A DNA stretch of 64,000 nt, taken from Candidatus Obscuribacteraceae bacterium (lineage in GTDB: Bacteria > Cyanobacteriota > Vampirovibrionia > Obscuribacterales > Obscuribacteraceae). A program made the position numbers and the translations under genes. The notes under the pieces are model-generated. The model ran no database searches. It worked only from the letters and a program-made list of their open reading frames with translations, and was not told the DNA's origin. The stretch covers positions 529,571 through 593,570 of the forward strand of contig JBGAHS010000002.1 of the NCBI GenBank assembly GCA_044226015.1, given 5' to 3'. The stretch's first letter is position 1. Every line of letters begins with the position of its first letter. This document shows positions 19,667-29,824 of this stretch, piece by piece.

Positions 19667-21463
19667 ATGCAGACGACCATTGAACCGAAAAACATGGACT
19701 CAAAAACCACTGCGACAAAGCAAACGTTTTTGAAAACGAATTACCCTTTGCTGGTAATCGCTGGATTTTGGGCTGCCTGCATCGCATTTATTGGCGTAAG
19801 CGGAAATTTTCCTGTCAATGACGATTGGATTTACGCCGAGTCAGTACAACACTTCTTGCAAAACGGTGAGCTGCGACTACTGGCTTGCGCTCCAGCTTGT
19901 GTGTTTCAGATTCTCAGCGCTGCGGCAGTATGCAAAATCTTTGGCTTCAGCCATGAAGTCTTGCGCTCTACCGGTGTGTTCTGGGCGGTGCTGGGAACTT
20001 ACGCATTGTACGGATGCTTCCGACAGCTGCGCGCACACAAATCTGTTTCGCTGTTCTTAACTCTTTGCTTTGCAGCGAATCCCCTGTTCATCAGCCTTGC
20101 TTTCTCATTCATGACTGACACCCCAGCAATTGCACTCACGCTGGGTTATGCCTTCTTCCTTCTCACAGGTCTAAAAAAACAAGAAGAAAAATGGTTTGCC
20201 TGTTCAGCGCTTTCACTAATTGCAGCAACACTCGTCCGGCAAAACCTCGGCTTTCTTGCGCTTGTAAACGCAGCACTACTGGCATGTATGTGGCTGCGCA
20301 AGCGCAACTCATGGACAATTCTTGTGGGTCTTGTTATTGCCCCGCTTGCAGTCGGCTACTTAGCTGATAAATGGATGCTTGCCACCAATGATTTCACTTC
20401 CTTATATGTATGGTACAAGGGCATGGTCGGCAAACAGATTTCGCTGCTTATACACCGACCAGGAAGAATGTTACCTACGCTGCTTCAGATATCGGGAGAA
20501 TTACTTGGGTACCTCGGACTCTTCTTGCTTCCGGCTATACCCGCGTTCCATCCTTCAGTAATTCGCTTTTTCAAAAACAAGAGCAGCATCAACCCAGCAT
20601 TTCCAATGATTTCAGCGGCATTGCTAATGTTCTCAATGTGCAAATTTATTTTTGGCGAAAACAGGTTGATGCCTTTCAGCCAGAACCTGCTTCGCATTCC
20701 CGAACTCGGCGCACACACCATCCTTGGTATCAACCACGCCAACCTTTCCAACAAATGGAGAGAGAACCTTACTTGGGCAAGCGGAATTGGCGGGTTCATT
20801 CTCAGCACGCTTATGTTGGATGCTGCAGCCAAAACAATTACAAGCTATCTGCGTTCTTTCAAGACTCCAGCAAGCGTTGAGAACATTTATCAACGAAGAA
20901 GGCTCGGTCACGCATTGCAAGGCATCGCCGCCCTGCTTATTTTCGGATTTCAATTCGCATTTAATGTACTGCAGTCCACCTTCTCGGACATTGACAGATA
21001 CTATCTGTTTCCACTGCTCGGTGCTTTACTCTGCTTGTCTCAAGTGTGGCGCTGGCAGAAGGCTAAACTCACACTAATTGCAGGCTTGCCACTGTTGCTG
21101 ATGCTGGCTTCTTATTCAATTGCAGCAACGCAAGATATGATGGCTTGGAATCGCGCACGATGGACAGCGCTTAATAAACTTGAGTCGCAGGGTGTTAACT
21201 TCAAGCAAATAGATGGTGGAGCAGAATACAACTACGCCCGCGACCCCCAACTTTTCAAAAACTTGATATTGCACGAAACATGGTATGAATTCACTCATCG
21301 CGGTGAGCCTCCGAGAGATCAATGGCGCTGGTGGACAGTCGCTGGAGAAAATTACATTGTCAGCTTCTCTCCTGTGCCGAATTATGATGTAGTATCAAAA
21401 GAGAGCTACTGGAGTGCACTCAGCGGAAATCGAGAAATTCTCGTTCTGAAGAAGTCAAACTGA
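19667..21463 (+). CDS. GT-C (ArnT/PMT_2-like) membrane glycosyltransferase
   Basis: FPVNDDWIY acidic loop, SFMTD, LVRQ, DRYY; many TM helices. Confidence 0.78.
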   Translation: MQTTIEPKNMDSKTTATKQTFLKTNYPLLVIAGFWAACIAFIGVSGNFPVNDDWIYAESVQHFLQNGELRLLACAPACVFQILSAAAVCKIFGFSHEVLRSTGVFWAVLGTYALYGCFRQLRAHKSVSLFLTLCFAANPLFISLAFSFMTDTPAIALTLGYAFFLLTGLKKQEEKWFACSALSLIAATLVRQNLGFLALVNAALLACMWLRKRNSWTILVGLVIAPLAVGYLADKWMLATNDFTSLYVWYKGMVGKQISLLIHRPGRMLPTLLQISGELLGYLGLFLLPAIPAFHPSVIRFFKNKSSINPAFPMISAALLMFSMCKFIFGENRLMPFSQNLLRIPELGAHTILGINHANLSNKWRENLTWASGIGGFILSTLMLDAAAKTITSYLRSFKTPASVENIYQRRRLGHALQGIAALLIFGFQFAFNVLQSTFSDIDRYYLFPLLGALLCLSQVWRWQKAKLTLIAGLPLLLMLASYSIAATQDMMAWNRARWTALNKLESQGVNFKQIDGGAEYNYARDPQLFKNLILHETWYEFTHRGEPPRDQWRWWTVAGENYIVSFSPVPNYDVVSKESYWSALSGNREILVLKKSN

Positions 21464-21467
21464 AATC

Positions 21468-22250
21468 ATGAGATTGAACCTGCTACAAATCGCCAAAATG
21501 TTTTGCCTCATCGCCTTAACATTTTCGTTCTCTGCATGCTCGAATTCCGACGATCACCTCAGATTGGAAGACTCAGCCCATCACAATGCCGAAACCGAAA
21601 AAGAGCCAGAAGTCGAAGTTGACGACGCGAAAATCCAAGCATTTTGGGACTGGTTTCACCAAAACGAAGAACGCCTTGCCGAAATGCGCTCTCCTACAGA
21701 CCCACAATTTCAAGAAATCGTCAAAAGGCTTCAGGATGTGGATCTGCGCCTCAAGGCAGAAATCGGAGTCGCAAAAAATGGCCAGAACTATCAGTTAGCC
21801 ATCAGTCCAGAGCTGAATCCCGCTTTGTTTCCAGCAGTGAGGAAAATAGCAGCTGCGGCACCACCATCTCAGTATTGGGAAGTAGTACCGTTCTGCCAGA
21901 GATTGCGTCCGCAGACTCTAAGAAAACTCGAACTCAGTAATTCCGATGCCGAACAAAACTTCTATTATTTGTCCATTCGAGACTTGCGTTATCAAATGAC
22001 AATAGACGGACAAAAAGCCAACATAATCATCAAAATTAGAAACTACGCGCCGGGCGATAGCAAGAGCATCCACTACCAAGATATGGCACTGCTTATGCTG
22101 CAACAAGCGTTGGGCGAGTACGACCTATGCACCAAAATAGGCAACGTGAGCTTTGAACCATTGGACGAAAATACCGCAAAGAATTACAAGCATTTCGAGC
22201 TTATTTCAAGAGAACTGGACGAAAAGCTTCCGTACACACCAAAGCTCTGA
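21468..22250 (+). CDS. Hypothetical lipoprotein
   Basis: Lipobox-like FSAC; conserved-looking FWDWF and LGEY motifs. Confidence 0.6.
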   Translation: MRLNLLQIAKMFCLIALTFSFSACSNSDDHLRLEDSAHHNAETEKEPEVEVDDAKIQAFWDWFHQNEERLAEMRSPTDPQFQEIVKRLQDVDLRLKAEIGVAKNGQNYQLAISPELNPALFPAVRKIAAAAPPSQYWEVVPFCQRLRPQTLRKLELSNSDAEQNFYYLSIRDLRYQMTIDGQKANIIIKIRNYAPGDSKSIHYQDMALLMLQQALGEYDLCTKIGNVSFEPLDENTAKNYKHFELISRELDEKLPYTPKL

Positions 22251-22268
22251 TCGTAAGCAAAGCTTGAA

Positions 22269-22349
22269 TTCAAGATTCAAGATCGTGATTCAAGTTTCAA
22301 GATGCAAGTTTCAAGATGCAAGATTCAAGATGCAAGATTCAAGATCGTG
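22269..22349. repeat. Heptamer tandem array T(T/G)CAAG(A/T) x10 with two TCGTG interruptions
   Basis: ttcaaga ttcaaga tcgtga ttcaagt ttcaaga tgcaagt ttcaaga tgcaaga ttcaaga tgcaaga ttcaaga tcgtg. Confidence 0.92.
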
Positions 22350-22394
22350 CCCTGTGCGGACTTTGAATCAAACGAGTCGTGGTCCAGCGGCGTA

Positions 22395-22961
22395 TTATCG
22401 TTGAAGCATCTTGGTTTCCGCTTCATCCAGCCATGAAAGCTCGAGCTCGAAGGTTTTGATGCAAAGCTCAACCATAAGCTTTCCCGCGACAGTCATTGCA
22501 CCAGTTTCGCCAGCGAACTCTTGTAGCGTTTTCTTTTCTCGTGCAAGCTGTTCGCACAGGAAATTGCGCCTTGAAGCAAATAGATTCTTCACGATTGGTT
22601 TCGGCAAATGAGCTGATAGCGCCATCCAAGTCTGAAATGGGGGCGGAGGTCGCTGGGTAGCCCAATCTGTTCGAGAAAGATTTGCTTGCAGAGCGTCGCG
22701 CCCCTTTTCGTTGATGCGATACGTCTGCTTTTCAGGACCCAACGCGGGTTCAAGCTCTGAGGTCAGAAATATGAACTTCAAAGAAAAGAGCTTCTTAAGC
22801 GAATAGTAAACCTGTGGGCGAGAGATGGCAGCCCAATCTTGAACATCCCGAAGCTCCAGCTCGCTTACAAGTTGATATCCATGCATAGCTTGCTCAGACA
22901 ACAAACTCAGCACAACCAGGTCAGGCAAGGTCAGCTCTCTGCCCTTTTGAGCAGGACTCAA
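22395..22961 (-). CDS. PadR-family transcriptional regulator
   Basis: LVVLSLL..MHGYQL..QVYYSLKKL..KQTYRINEKGR wHTH; likely TTG start at 22961 overlapping the upstream stop (ORF track start 23000). Confidence 0.88.
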   Translation of the reverse strand: MSPAQKGRELTLPDLVVLSLLSEQAMHGYQLVSELELRDVQDWAAISRPQVYYSLKKLFSLKFIFLTSELEPALGPEKQTYRINEKGRDALQANLSRTDWATQRPPPPFQTWMALSAHLPKPIVKNLFASRRNFLCEQLAREKKTLQEFAGETGAMTVAGKLMVELCIKTFELELSWLDEAETKMLQR

Positions 22962-23236
22962 ATCAGTCCTCGCTTTCTGAGCCCGCTCCAGTACCACCAC
23001 TTTCTCTTTTCAGGAGACAAAGACGGATTTTTTGCTTGCTCGATTGCACAACGCAAGACATCTAAAACACACTTATCCTGAGGTCCACCGCTCAAAATCG
23101 ACAAGCGCTCATAAAGGTCTTCGGCTTTCTGGCGGCTCAACTGCTCGACCGTTGTGATTTTCAAAACGGCGAAATCGCCCAAACAGGCTTTGCCAACACC
23201 TTCTAAGTCAGCGAGTTTCTTTGAATTACATTCCAT
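22958..23236 (-). CDS. Small helix-hairpin-helix protein (Cdd1/mitomycin-resistance McrB-like)
   Basis: LADLEGVGKA HhH, DKCVLDV, terminal WWYW motif. Confidence 0.78.
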   Translation of the reverse strand: MECNSKKLADLEGVGKACLGDFAVLKITTVEQLSRQKAEDLYERLSILSGGPQDKCVLDVLRCAIEQAKNPSLSPEKRKWWYWSGLRKRGLI

Positions 23237-23253
23237 TAAAGTAACCTATCGCA

Positions 23254-23276
23254 ATCTAGTCTAAATTAGACTAGAT
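23254..23276. promoter_or_regulatory. 23-bp palindrome with perfect 11-bp arms, probable PadR operator
   Basis: ATCTAGTCTAA-A-TTAGACTAGAT in the 72-bp divergent gap between the Cdd1/PadR operon and the VOC gene. Confidence 0.72.
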
Positions 23277-23308
23277 GATATCACCAACAATTCAATGAGG
23301 TCAACGAA

Positions 23309-23692
23309 ATGTTGAAAGTAGCTCCGACACTTCTGCTAGAAGAGCTAGAACCTTCTGTGAGCTTCTTTGTAGACAAACTGGGCTTCGAAAAAATTGCAGA
23401 GGTTCCCAGCCAGAATGGCGACAAACTCGACTTCGCCATGCTTAATAGCGGAAGCGTTGAAATTCACTTTCAGCGCCTGGCTAGCGCTACAAAAGACATT
23501 CCATACTTCGTTGGAGCCAAAATGCCTCCAAGTTCGTTCCTCTATATTGATGTGAATAACGTCAACGAACTCCACGAATCGCTGAAAGAGCACTGTATCG
23601 TGCCCTTAGAGAAAACATTTTATGGAGCCACACATTTTTTCATCAAAGAACCCGGTGGACACGTGATCGGCTTCAGCCAGAACGAAGAGTAA
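23309..23692 (+). CDS. VOC/glyoxalase/bleomycin-resistance family protein
   Basis: FFVDKLGFE, LYIDV, TFYGATHFFIKEPGGHVIGF. Confidence 0.85.
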   Translation: MLKVAPTLLLEELEPSVSFFVDKLGFEKIAEVPSQNGDKLDFAMLNSGSVEIHFQRLASATKDIPYFVGAKMPPSSFLYIDVNNVNELHESLKEHCIVPLEKTFYGATHFFIKEPGGHVIGFSQNEE

Positions 23693-23708
23693 ATTCGAGA
23701 CTCTCCGC

Positions 23709-25256
23709 CTAGCGATTGACAAAATCGATCGACCCAACAAAGTCGTACGATCCATATTCTTTTTTACTTTCAAAAATATTGAATCTGTAGGTTCCCTTAC
23801 CAGGCAAAGAACACTGCAATTGCGCAGTTTCTTCGTTTGTAGATGGCAAGTCTAATTCTAGCCTTGTTCCGTCCTGCTCAAGCCCAGCAGAAAGCCAGAG
23901 CCTCCTCGGATTCTTTAGCACCACAGTTGCTTTTGATTCTGTTTCATTGCAAGCCCGCGCCGGGGAAACTAGAGCAAGATCCGAGGCAACAAATCGCGGA
24001 CGCAGCATTGGCTGTCGCAAGAAGTCACCTTGTGTCAAGGGCTTATCCAGAAGCTGCCAATCAGAATCCTCCGGGAAGTGATCTTGAATCATCACCACCG
24101 GCGGTGGCAAGAGATAATCAGTCCGGTAGGCTTTTCTAAACCCTTTCTCTCGACTAGTAAATCCTGAGTCCCAACAGGCGTCAATTAGATACCATTTCTT
24201 GCCGATGCGTGCAGCATTCCATGCATGCCCTTCACCTGAGAGTTTGCCACCCTTCTCATCTCGCGCATCACCAGTTACAACAATAATTTTCTCGTCGATG
24301 GCATCACCCAATGCCGAAAGCAAATTAGCATATCCAGCACAGACACTTTTCCGTGTGCGAAAGGTTGTTTCAGCATCTTGATCGGGAATGTTGCCACTGT
24401 AGTAAGCATCTGCATCGTAGCCTACTCGATCTGCCACATAATCGTGCAGCGCCTTTATGCGCTGCACTGGGTCTTTCTCGCGCTTTGCAATGTATTGAGC
24501 TACTGATTTGATACTGGCTTCGGCAGATGCAGGCATGCTTGCAACGACAGGGTGCAATGATTGTGAATTCTGCCAGGGCCAGGCCAGCTGAGGCAATACC
24601 ACTTCGAATTCCGGAGGAGGAGCAGAATCACCGCTAGAGCCATCCCCACCCTCGTCAGCTTGCTGGGTGCCCGCTCCATTTTGCTTGGAATTCGTCCCAT
24701 TACTCGCCGATTCACTTTTCTCCACCGAAGCAATTTCTTGCGCACGCTCCTGCGAAGCTTCCTCAGCCAATTCTCGAGCTTTGGGATCTATGCAATTTTT
24801 GTACGGGTTAGTTTTTGTGGTTTTATACAACCACTCGAGCCCTCCCGCGGCAGTGAACAAAGCCTTGCGTACAGCAGGAACACGGGAGTCTTTTAGATCA
24901 TCAAGCATCCAATCACCGCGAGTAGACAAAGCGATGAAAGCAGCCTGCGGATAGGTATAAAGCAATGCACCAATGAACAAAACACCCACCACAAAGGTTC
25001 GCAAACTGATTCGATCAAGCGGTGTGAGCCAGGCCTTCTTATCCTTATTTCGATGTGACCAGGCATGCAATTCCCACAATCCAGGAATAATTGGAAACAG
25101 AAACGCACCTGCCAACCATGGAAGATAGCGTGGTCCGCCAAGATATGCCGCAAGAGAGGAAGCAAGCCAGAACCCCACCAGAGGAGTTGCGTAAAAGAGC
25201 AGCGCAAGCGCGAACTTTATTAGCAATTCAAAGAGCTTAGCCAACAAACCAAGCAT
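23709..25256 (-). CDS. Membrane-anchored transglutaminase-like cysteine protease (Cyk3/KY-like)
   Basis: N-terminal TM helices; VCAGYA, HAWN, LIDACW catalytic triad motifs. Confidence 0.85.
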   Translation of the reverse strand: MLGLLAKLFELLIKFALALLFYATPLVGFWLASSLAAYLGGPRYLPWLAGAFLFPIIPGLWELHAWSHRNKDKKAWLTPLDRISLRTFVVGVLFIGALLYTYPQAAFIALSTRGDWMLDDLKDSRVPAVRKALFTAAGGLEWLYKTTKTNPYKNCIDPKARELAEEASQERAQEIASVEKSESASNGTNSKQNGAGTQQADEGGDGSSGDSAPPPEFEVVLPQLAWPWQNSQSLHPVVASMPASAEASIKSVAQYIAKREKDPVQRIKALHDYVADRVGYDADAYYSGNIPDQDAETTFRTRKSVCAGYANLLSALGDAIDEKIIVVTGDARDEKGGKLSGEGHAWNAARIGKKWYLIDACWDSGFTSREKGFRKAYRTDYLLPPPVVMIQDHFPEDSDWQLLDKPLTQGDFLRQPMLRPRFVASDLALVSPARACNETESKATVVLKNPRRLWLSAGLEQDGTRLELDLPSTNEETAQLQCSLPGKGTYRFNIFESKKEYGSYDFVGSIDFVNR

Positions 25257-25413
25257 CTCGGGAAACTCCTTAACCTATTGCTTGAGCCTGGAAAAGATCC
25301 ATGATAGCCGAACTTGACTTAAAGCAGCAACTTTAACAAGCATGAAATGTCTTCGCCCGGCAACACAAGAACAAACTACCCGGCTAGTCACTTTCCGTTT
25401 TTCGCTAGATTCT

Positions 25414-26307
25414 CTAAACTGGGAGAAACTTTACTCCAGCCATTCCTTCTGAGGCGACCCAGAGTTTTTTCGCCATCTCCTCGTCGAGAGCATGAGGTTT
25501 TGCACTAACCCGGGTTGGCATTCCACTGATTTCCATGAAACCATTCGGACCGTAGTATTCACCATTTGAAACGGAAGAATTAGTGCTCGCATGAATGATT
25601 GGCAAAGCTCCTTCAGCGTCAGTTTGGGCCAATAAACTAGCAAAAATCTCAGAGATATATGTGCGCAAGACTTTGCGCCCCTGCTGTGGACCCGATGCTA
25701 GAATATTTGTCTTGGCCACACCTGGATGCGCAGCCACACTCACTATTGGTAGACCTGCACCTTTTGTTCTCCTTGCCAATTCAAAACTAAACAACAGATT
25801 TGCGAGCTTGCTGTTTCCGTACGCAGCCCAACCTTCGTAGTTTCTCTCGGCGTTCAAATCAGCCAAATCAATCTTGCCATATCGATGAGCGATTGAACTT
25901 ACGGTCACCACTCGCGGTGCCTCCGCTTTCATTAAAGCTGGAAGAAGCTCAGCGGTGAGAAGAAAATGACCAAGATGGTTGGTTGCAAACTGCATTTCAA
26001 ATCCATCTTTTGAAAGCGTTCTGCTCGGCAGCGCCATTACCGCAGCGTTATTAACTAGCAAATCTAGCTTTGGCTTGCTCTCCACAAAACGACTGCAAAA
26101 GTTGCGAATAGAAACTAAACTCGACAAGTCGAGAATGCTCAACTCCACCTTTGCATCAGGCACAATATCCAGAATGCGCCTGAGTGCTTCGGTACCCCGA
26201 CTGTGGTCGCGACATGCCAGTACCACCTGCGAACCGTCTTTAGCCAGTTGCAAGGCTGTGTGAAAACCGATGCCACCATTCGCCCCAGTCACAATCGCAA
26301 TCTTCAC
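25414..26307 (-). CDS. SDR oxidoreductase (retinol-DH/WWOX-like)
   Basis: TGANGGIG, NNAAVM, FATNHLGHF, YGNSK, HPG. Confidence 0.9.
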   Translation of the reverse strand: MKIAIVTGANGGIGFHTALQLAKDGSQVVLACRDHSRGTEALRRILDIVPDAKVELSILDLSSLVSIRNFCSRFVESKPKLDLLVNNAAVMALPSRTLSKDGFEMQFATNHLGHFLLTAELLPALMKAEAPRVVTVSSIAHRYGKIDLADLNAERNYEGWAAYGNSKLANLLFSFELARRTKGAGLPIVSVAAHPGVAKTNILASGPQQGRKVLRTYISEIFASLLAQTDAEGALPIIHASTNSSVSNGEYYGPNGFMEISGMPTRVSAKPHALDEEMAKKLWVASEGMAGVKFLPV

Positions 26308-26473
26308 GCCATCTCTCCGAGTAAATTAAGACCAGACTAAAATCGAGTCCATCATACACTCTTTACGCGCGGAATCGGCAGATCAGGTCGAACTGATGAC
26401 AGATACCTTAAGATACGCACGCAGCATAACCTGGCACTGGCTTCCGCTCACCCGATGAGCAGAGCGTCCCACG

Positions 26474-27388
26474 TCAGTCCAGGCTGTAGCCCTTCTCGAT
26501 TTCTCTAGCTATCTTAAGAGTCTGAACGTGCAACTGCGCCGTAACATCACGCCTTTTGTTATAGCCCCCGGCAAGAACAATAGCCACTCCAGCACCAGCT
26601 CTAACACAAGCGTCAATAGTAAATCGATCGCGCTCAGCAAGCTCATCGGTACTCAAAGACATCTGGCCATACCTATCATCAACATGCACATCAACCCCAG
26701 CAAGATAGAAAACAATCTCGGGAGAAAACTGCTCCAGACAGCCCACAAGCGTATCCTTCAATCGCTCAAGATAATAAGCACCCTCGACCCACCGCTCAAA
26801 CTCAAGGTCGTATGTGCCAGCATACTTTTCCACTGGATAATTCGCTGCGACATGTGCAGAATAGGTAAAAACGCTGGGCTCGTTCGCCAATAAAAAATGC
26901 GTACCATTGCCCTGATGTGCATCCAAATCGACAATCATAATACGACTAGCGGGACGTTTCTGCTGCAGAACCTTGACGGCCACAGCTACATCATTAATGA
27001 TGCAATATCCTGCACCTCTATCGGGAAAGGCATGATGCGTACCTCCAGCAAGATTGGCAGCAATCAAGCAAGACTTGCTAGCGACAGACGTTGCAGCCAT
27101 GATTGTTCCAGCAGCAGCAGCAAAACTGCGTGCCACCAGTTCTGGTGACCAGGGAAAACCAATCTTACGCAGTTCTTCTTTCCCAAGATTCCCTTCGGCG
27201 AATGCCTTTATATAGCTCTCTTCATGCACAAGAGCAAGTTCTTCCATACTCACGGAACCAGGGTCTTCCAAATTTTCGCATAGCCCAAGTGCAAGAACAG
27301 CATCACGAACTTGGCGATATTTTTCAATAGGAAACGGATGCCCCTCAGGCAACGTAATATCATAACGCGCGCTATAGAAAAATCGCAT
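26474..27388 (-). CDS. Histone deacetylase-family (class IV/HDAC11-like) Zn-dependent deacylase
   Basis: HPFPIEKY, GGTHHA, DLDAHQGNG, AGVD, GGY; likely start ATG 27388. Confidence 0.9.
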   Translation of the reverse strand: MRFFYSARYDITLPEGHPFPIEKYRQVRDAVLALGLCENLEDPGSVSMEELALVHEESYIKAFAEGNLGKEELRKIGFPWSPELVARSFAAAAGTIMAATSVASKSCLIAANLAGGTHHAFPDRGAGYCIINDVAVAVKVLQQKRPASRIMIVDLDAHQGNGTHFLLANEPSVFTYSAHVAANYPVEKYAGTYDLEFERWVEGAYYLERLKDTLVGCLEQFSPEIVFYLAGVDVHVDDRYGQMSLSTDELAERDRFTIDACVRAGAGVAIVLAGGYNKRRDVTAQLHVQTLKIAREIEKGYSLD

Positions 27389-27683
27389 CTGGGAATTGTA
27401 CACAAAACCACCGTGCCGAGCACAGCCTGGCGACACGCGCAATCATGATTGTCTCGAATTACTTACAAACGCAGAATAGCACCGCGACATGAGCAGTATA
27501 CACAATTTCCGTTTCAAGATACTCAAGATGCGTATCTTGAAGCGGCTGATGGAGTACAATTGGACTCTACGCAAACGACCCCTCGAACCCAAATGGGTTC
27601 TAAACCTTCAATTCTTGGGCAAATAAGAAAAACGTGAAATGACAAACTCGACTCTGCTCAATTCTTCATTCGGGAGATGCTAG

Positions 27684-28385
27684 ATGCAATCATCAACTCA
27701 AACATCTACAGATCTAAAACAGCTACCGTCAGACTGGACAAGTCTTCTTGCAGACGAATTCAGCAAAGCATATTTCACAACACTATCCGATTTCATCAGC
27801 GAAGAACGAAAACAGCACACAATTTTTCCGCCAGAAGATGAAGTCTACACAGCTCTCAAGCTAACGCCCTTCGGCAAAGTCAGAGTATTACTTCTAGGGC
27901 AAGACCCATACCCGACACCAGGGCATGCGCATGGGCTGTGCTTCTCAGTGAGACCTGGCGTCAAACATCCCGCCTCTTTGCGAAACATTTTCAAAGAAAT
28001 GCTGGAAGACGTAGGCTGCTCAATTCCAAATCACGGAAATCTGGAAGCATGGGCAGAGCAGGGAATACTCATGCTGAATGCAGTTCTGACAGTGAGAAAT
28101 GGCGAAGCCAATTCTCACGCAGGCAAAGGCTGGGAAGAGTTTACAGATGCAATTATTAGAGTATTAAACGAGAGAAAAGAGCCCATGGTTTTTGTTCTCT
28201 GGGGAAACTATGCACAGAAGAAAGCGAAGCATATTGACGAGTGTAAGCACACAGTAATCAAATCGGCGCACCCTTCACCATTATCCGTCAAAAAATTTGT
28301 CGGTTCCAAACCGTTTTCGAAGATAAACGAAGCCCTGGTTAAACACGGTTCAAATCCCATAGACTGGCAATTGAAAGACCTGTAG
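27684..28385 (+). CDS. ung: Uracil-DNA glycosylase (family 1)
   Basis: GQDPY, GLCFSV, LLN-like MLNAVLTV, HPSPLS. Confidence 0.96.
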   Translation: MQSSTQTSTDLKQLPSDWTSLLADEFSKAYFTTLSDFISEERKQHTIFPPEDEVYTALKLTPFGKVRVLLLGQDPYPTPGHAHGLCFSVRPGVKHPASLRNIFKEMLEDVGCSIPNHGNLEAWAEQGILMLNAVLTVRNGEANSHAGKGWEEFTDAIIRVLNERKEPMVFVLWGNYAQKKAKHIDECKHTVIKSAHPSPLSVKKFVGSKPFSKINEALVKHGSNPIDWQLKDL

Positions 28386-28555
28386 GCATTAAAGTTCGGA
28401 TGCTACCCGACAAGCGGCTCCATCAATACATCGAATGCACAATTACACAGTTTCCTCATTCCCATCGTTCGGACTGTTACAGAGGACGTTCACAAGCTTT
28501 TCACCTGAGCTTATATATACTTCAATGCTTAAGAACCATAAGCCAGAGAAGTACT

Positions 28556-29824
28556 ATGCCAAACCTAATTGGTGTAACGCATCCAAAATTTGAATCCACC
28601 ACAGAAAGCAGCACATTGAGCAAGGCTATTGCCATTTGCGCGCTTGGATATTTCATAGATGTTTATGACATCCAACTGTTTGCTGTTTTGCGCGTTGCCA
28701 GCCTAAAATCAATCGGCATTGCGCCAGAACAAATGGCGTCAACTGGTGCCAGTATCCTAAATGCACAAATGTTCGGCATGATTTTCGGCGCGTTCATCTG
28801 GGGAATTCTCGGCGATAGACTGGGACGCGTGCGTGCCCTATACGGCTCAATTGTCCTCTACTCGCTGGGCACTCTGGCTTGCAGCTTGGTTCAAGATGCG
28901 AACACCTACGCAGTTCTTCGTTTTATAACAGCTATTGGACTCGCTGGCGAGGTTGGTGCTGCGGTCGTTCTGATTTCCGAATTAATGCCCAAAGAAAAGC
29001 GTGGATGGGGCATCACCATAATTGGTGGCATCGGATTTCTTGGTCCAGTAGTTGCAGTGCTAACTTCATACTTCTTGGAATGGCGCCAATCCTATCTGCT
29101 TGCCGGAGCCGTTGGAATGGCACTACTCTTGCTTCGCACAAAATTGTTAGACGCGGGAATGTTCCATAATGCCAAAAGCAAAGAAAATCTATCGCAGTTC
29201 TTTAAGTTGTTTGCCAGAAAAGCTTTCATCGCACCATTTCTAACATGTCTAATAATGTCATTGCCTCTGGTTTTTGCATGGAACGTTTTGAACTTCTTTT
29301 CAGTTGAAATAGGTCGAGAAGTATTAAAACCAGGGGTAGAATTCGATCAGAAGTTTTGTCTTCTACTGTTTTTTGTAGGCACAAGCATAGGAGATGTTGC
29401 AGGCGGTTTGATCACTCAGCAGATGAAAAGCCGACGGAAGGCAATGCTATATACTATCTTCCTGGGCGGAGCCGCTGCATCGTTTTTGCTGCTAGTGGCT
29501 CCTGTTATTAAGCTCTCCGCATCGCAGTTCTATGCCAACTATTTTCTACTGGGACTATCCTCTGGCTGCTGGGCACTTGCCACTATGATAACTGCAGAAC
29601 ACTTCGGTATTAACATACGTGCCACGGCCTCGCTTCTGATGCTGAATCTGTTACGTGGAGCAACAATTCCTCTTGTTTTGTTATTCCACGGACTGCAATC
29701 CGCTCTGGGGATACCTAACGCGGCAGCCACCATCGGCGCCATACTGTATCTAGCGTCTTTTCTGTCTCTGCTCAAAATGCCCGAAACACACGCGCGAAAC
29801 CTTGATTTCATCGAGACTACTTGA
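28556..29824 (+). CDS. MFS transporter
   Basis: GILGDRLGR motif A, ~12 TM helices, terminal PET; likely start ATG 28556. Confidence 0.88.
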   Translation: MPNLIGVTHPKFESTTESSTLSKAIAICALGYFIDVYDIQLFAVLRVASLKSIGIAPEQMASTGASILNAQMFGMIFGAFIWGILGDRLGRVRALYGSIVLYSLGTLACSLVQDANTYAVLRFITAIGLAGEVGAAVVLISELMPKEKRGWGITIIGGIGFLGPVVAVLTSYFLEWRQSYLLAGAVGMALLLLRTKLLDAGMFHNAKSKENLSQFFKLFARKAFIAPFLTCLIMSLPLVFAWNVLNFFSVEIGREVLKPGVEFDQKFCLLLFFVGTSIGDVAGGLITQQMKSRRKAMLYTIFLGGAAASFLLLVAPVIKLSASQFYANYFLLGLSSGCWALATMITAEHFGINIRATASLLMLNLLRGATIPLVLLFHGLQSALGIPNAAATIGAILYLASFLSLLKMPETHARNLDFIETT

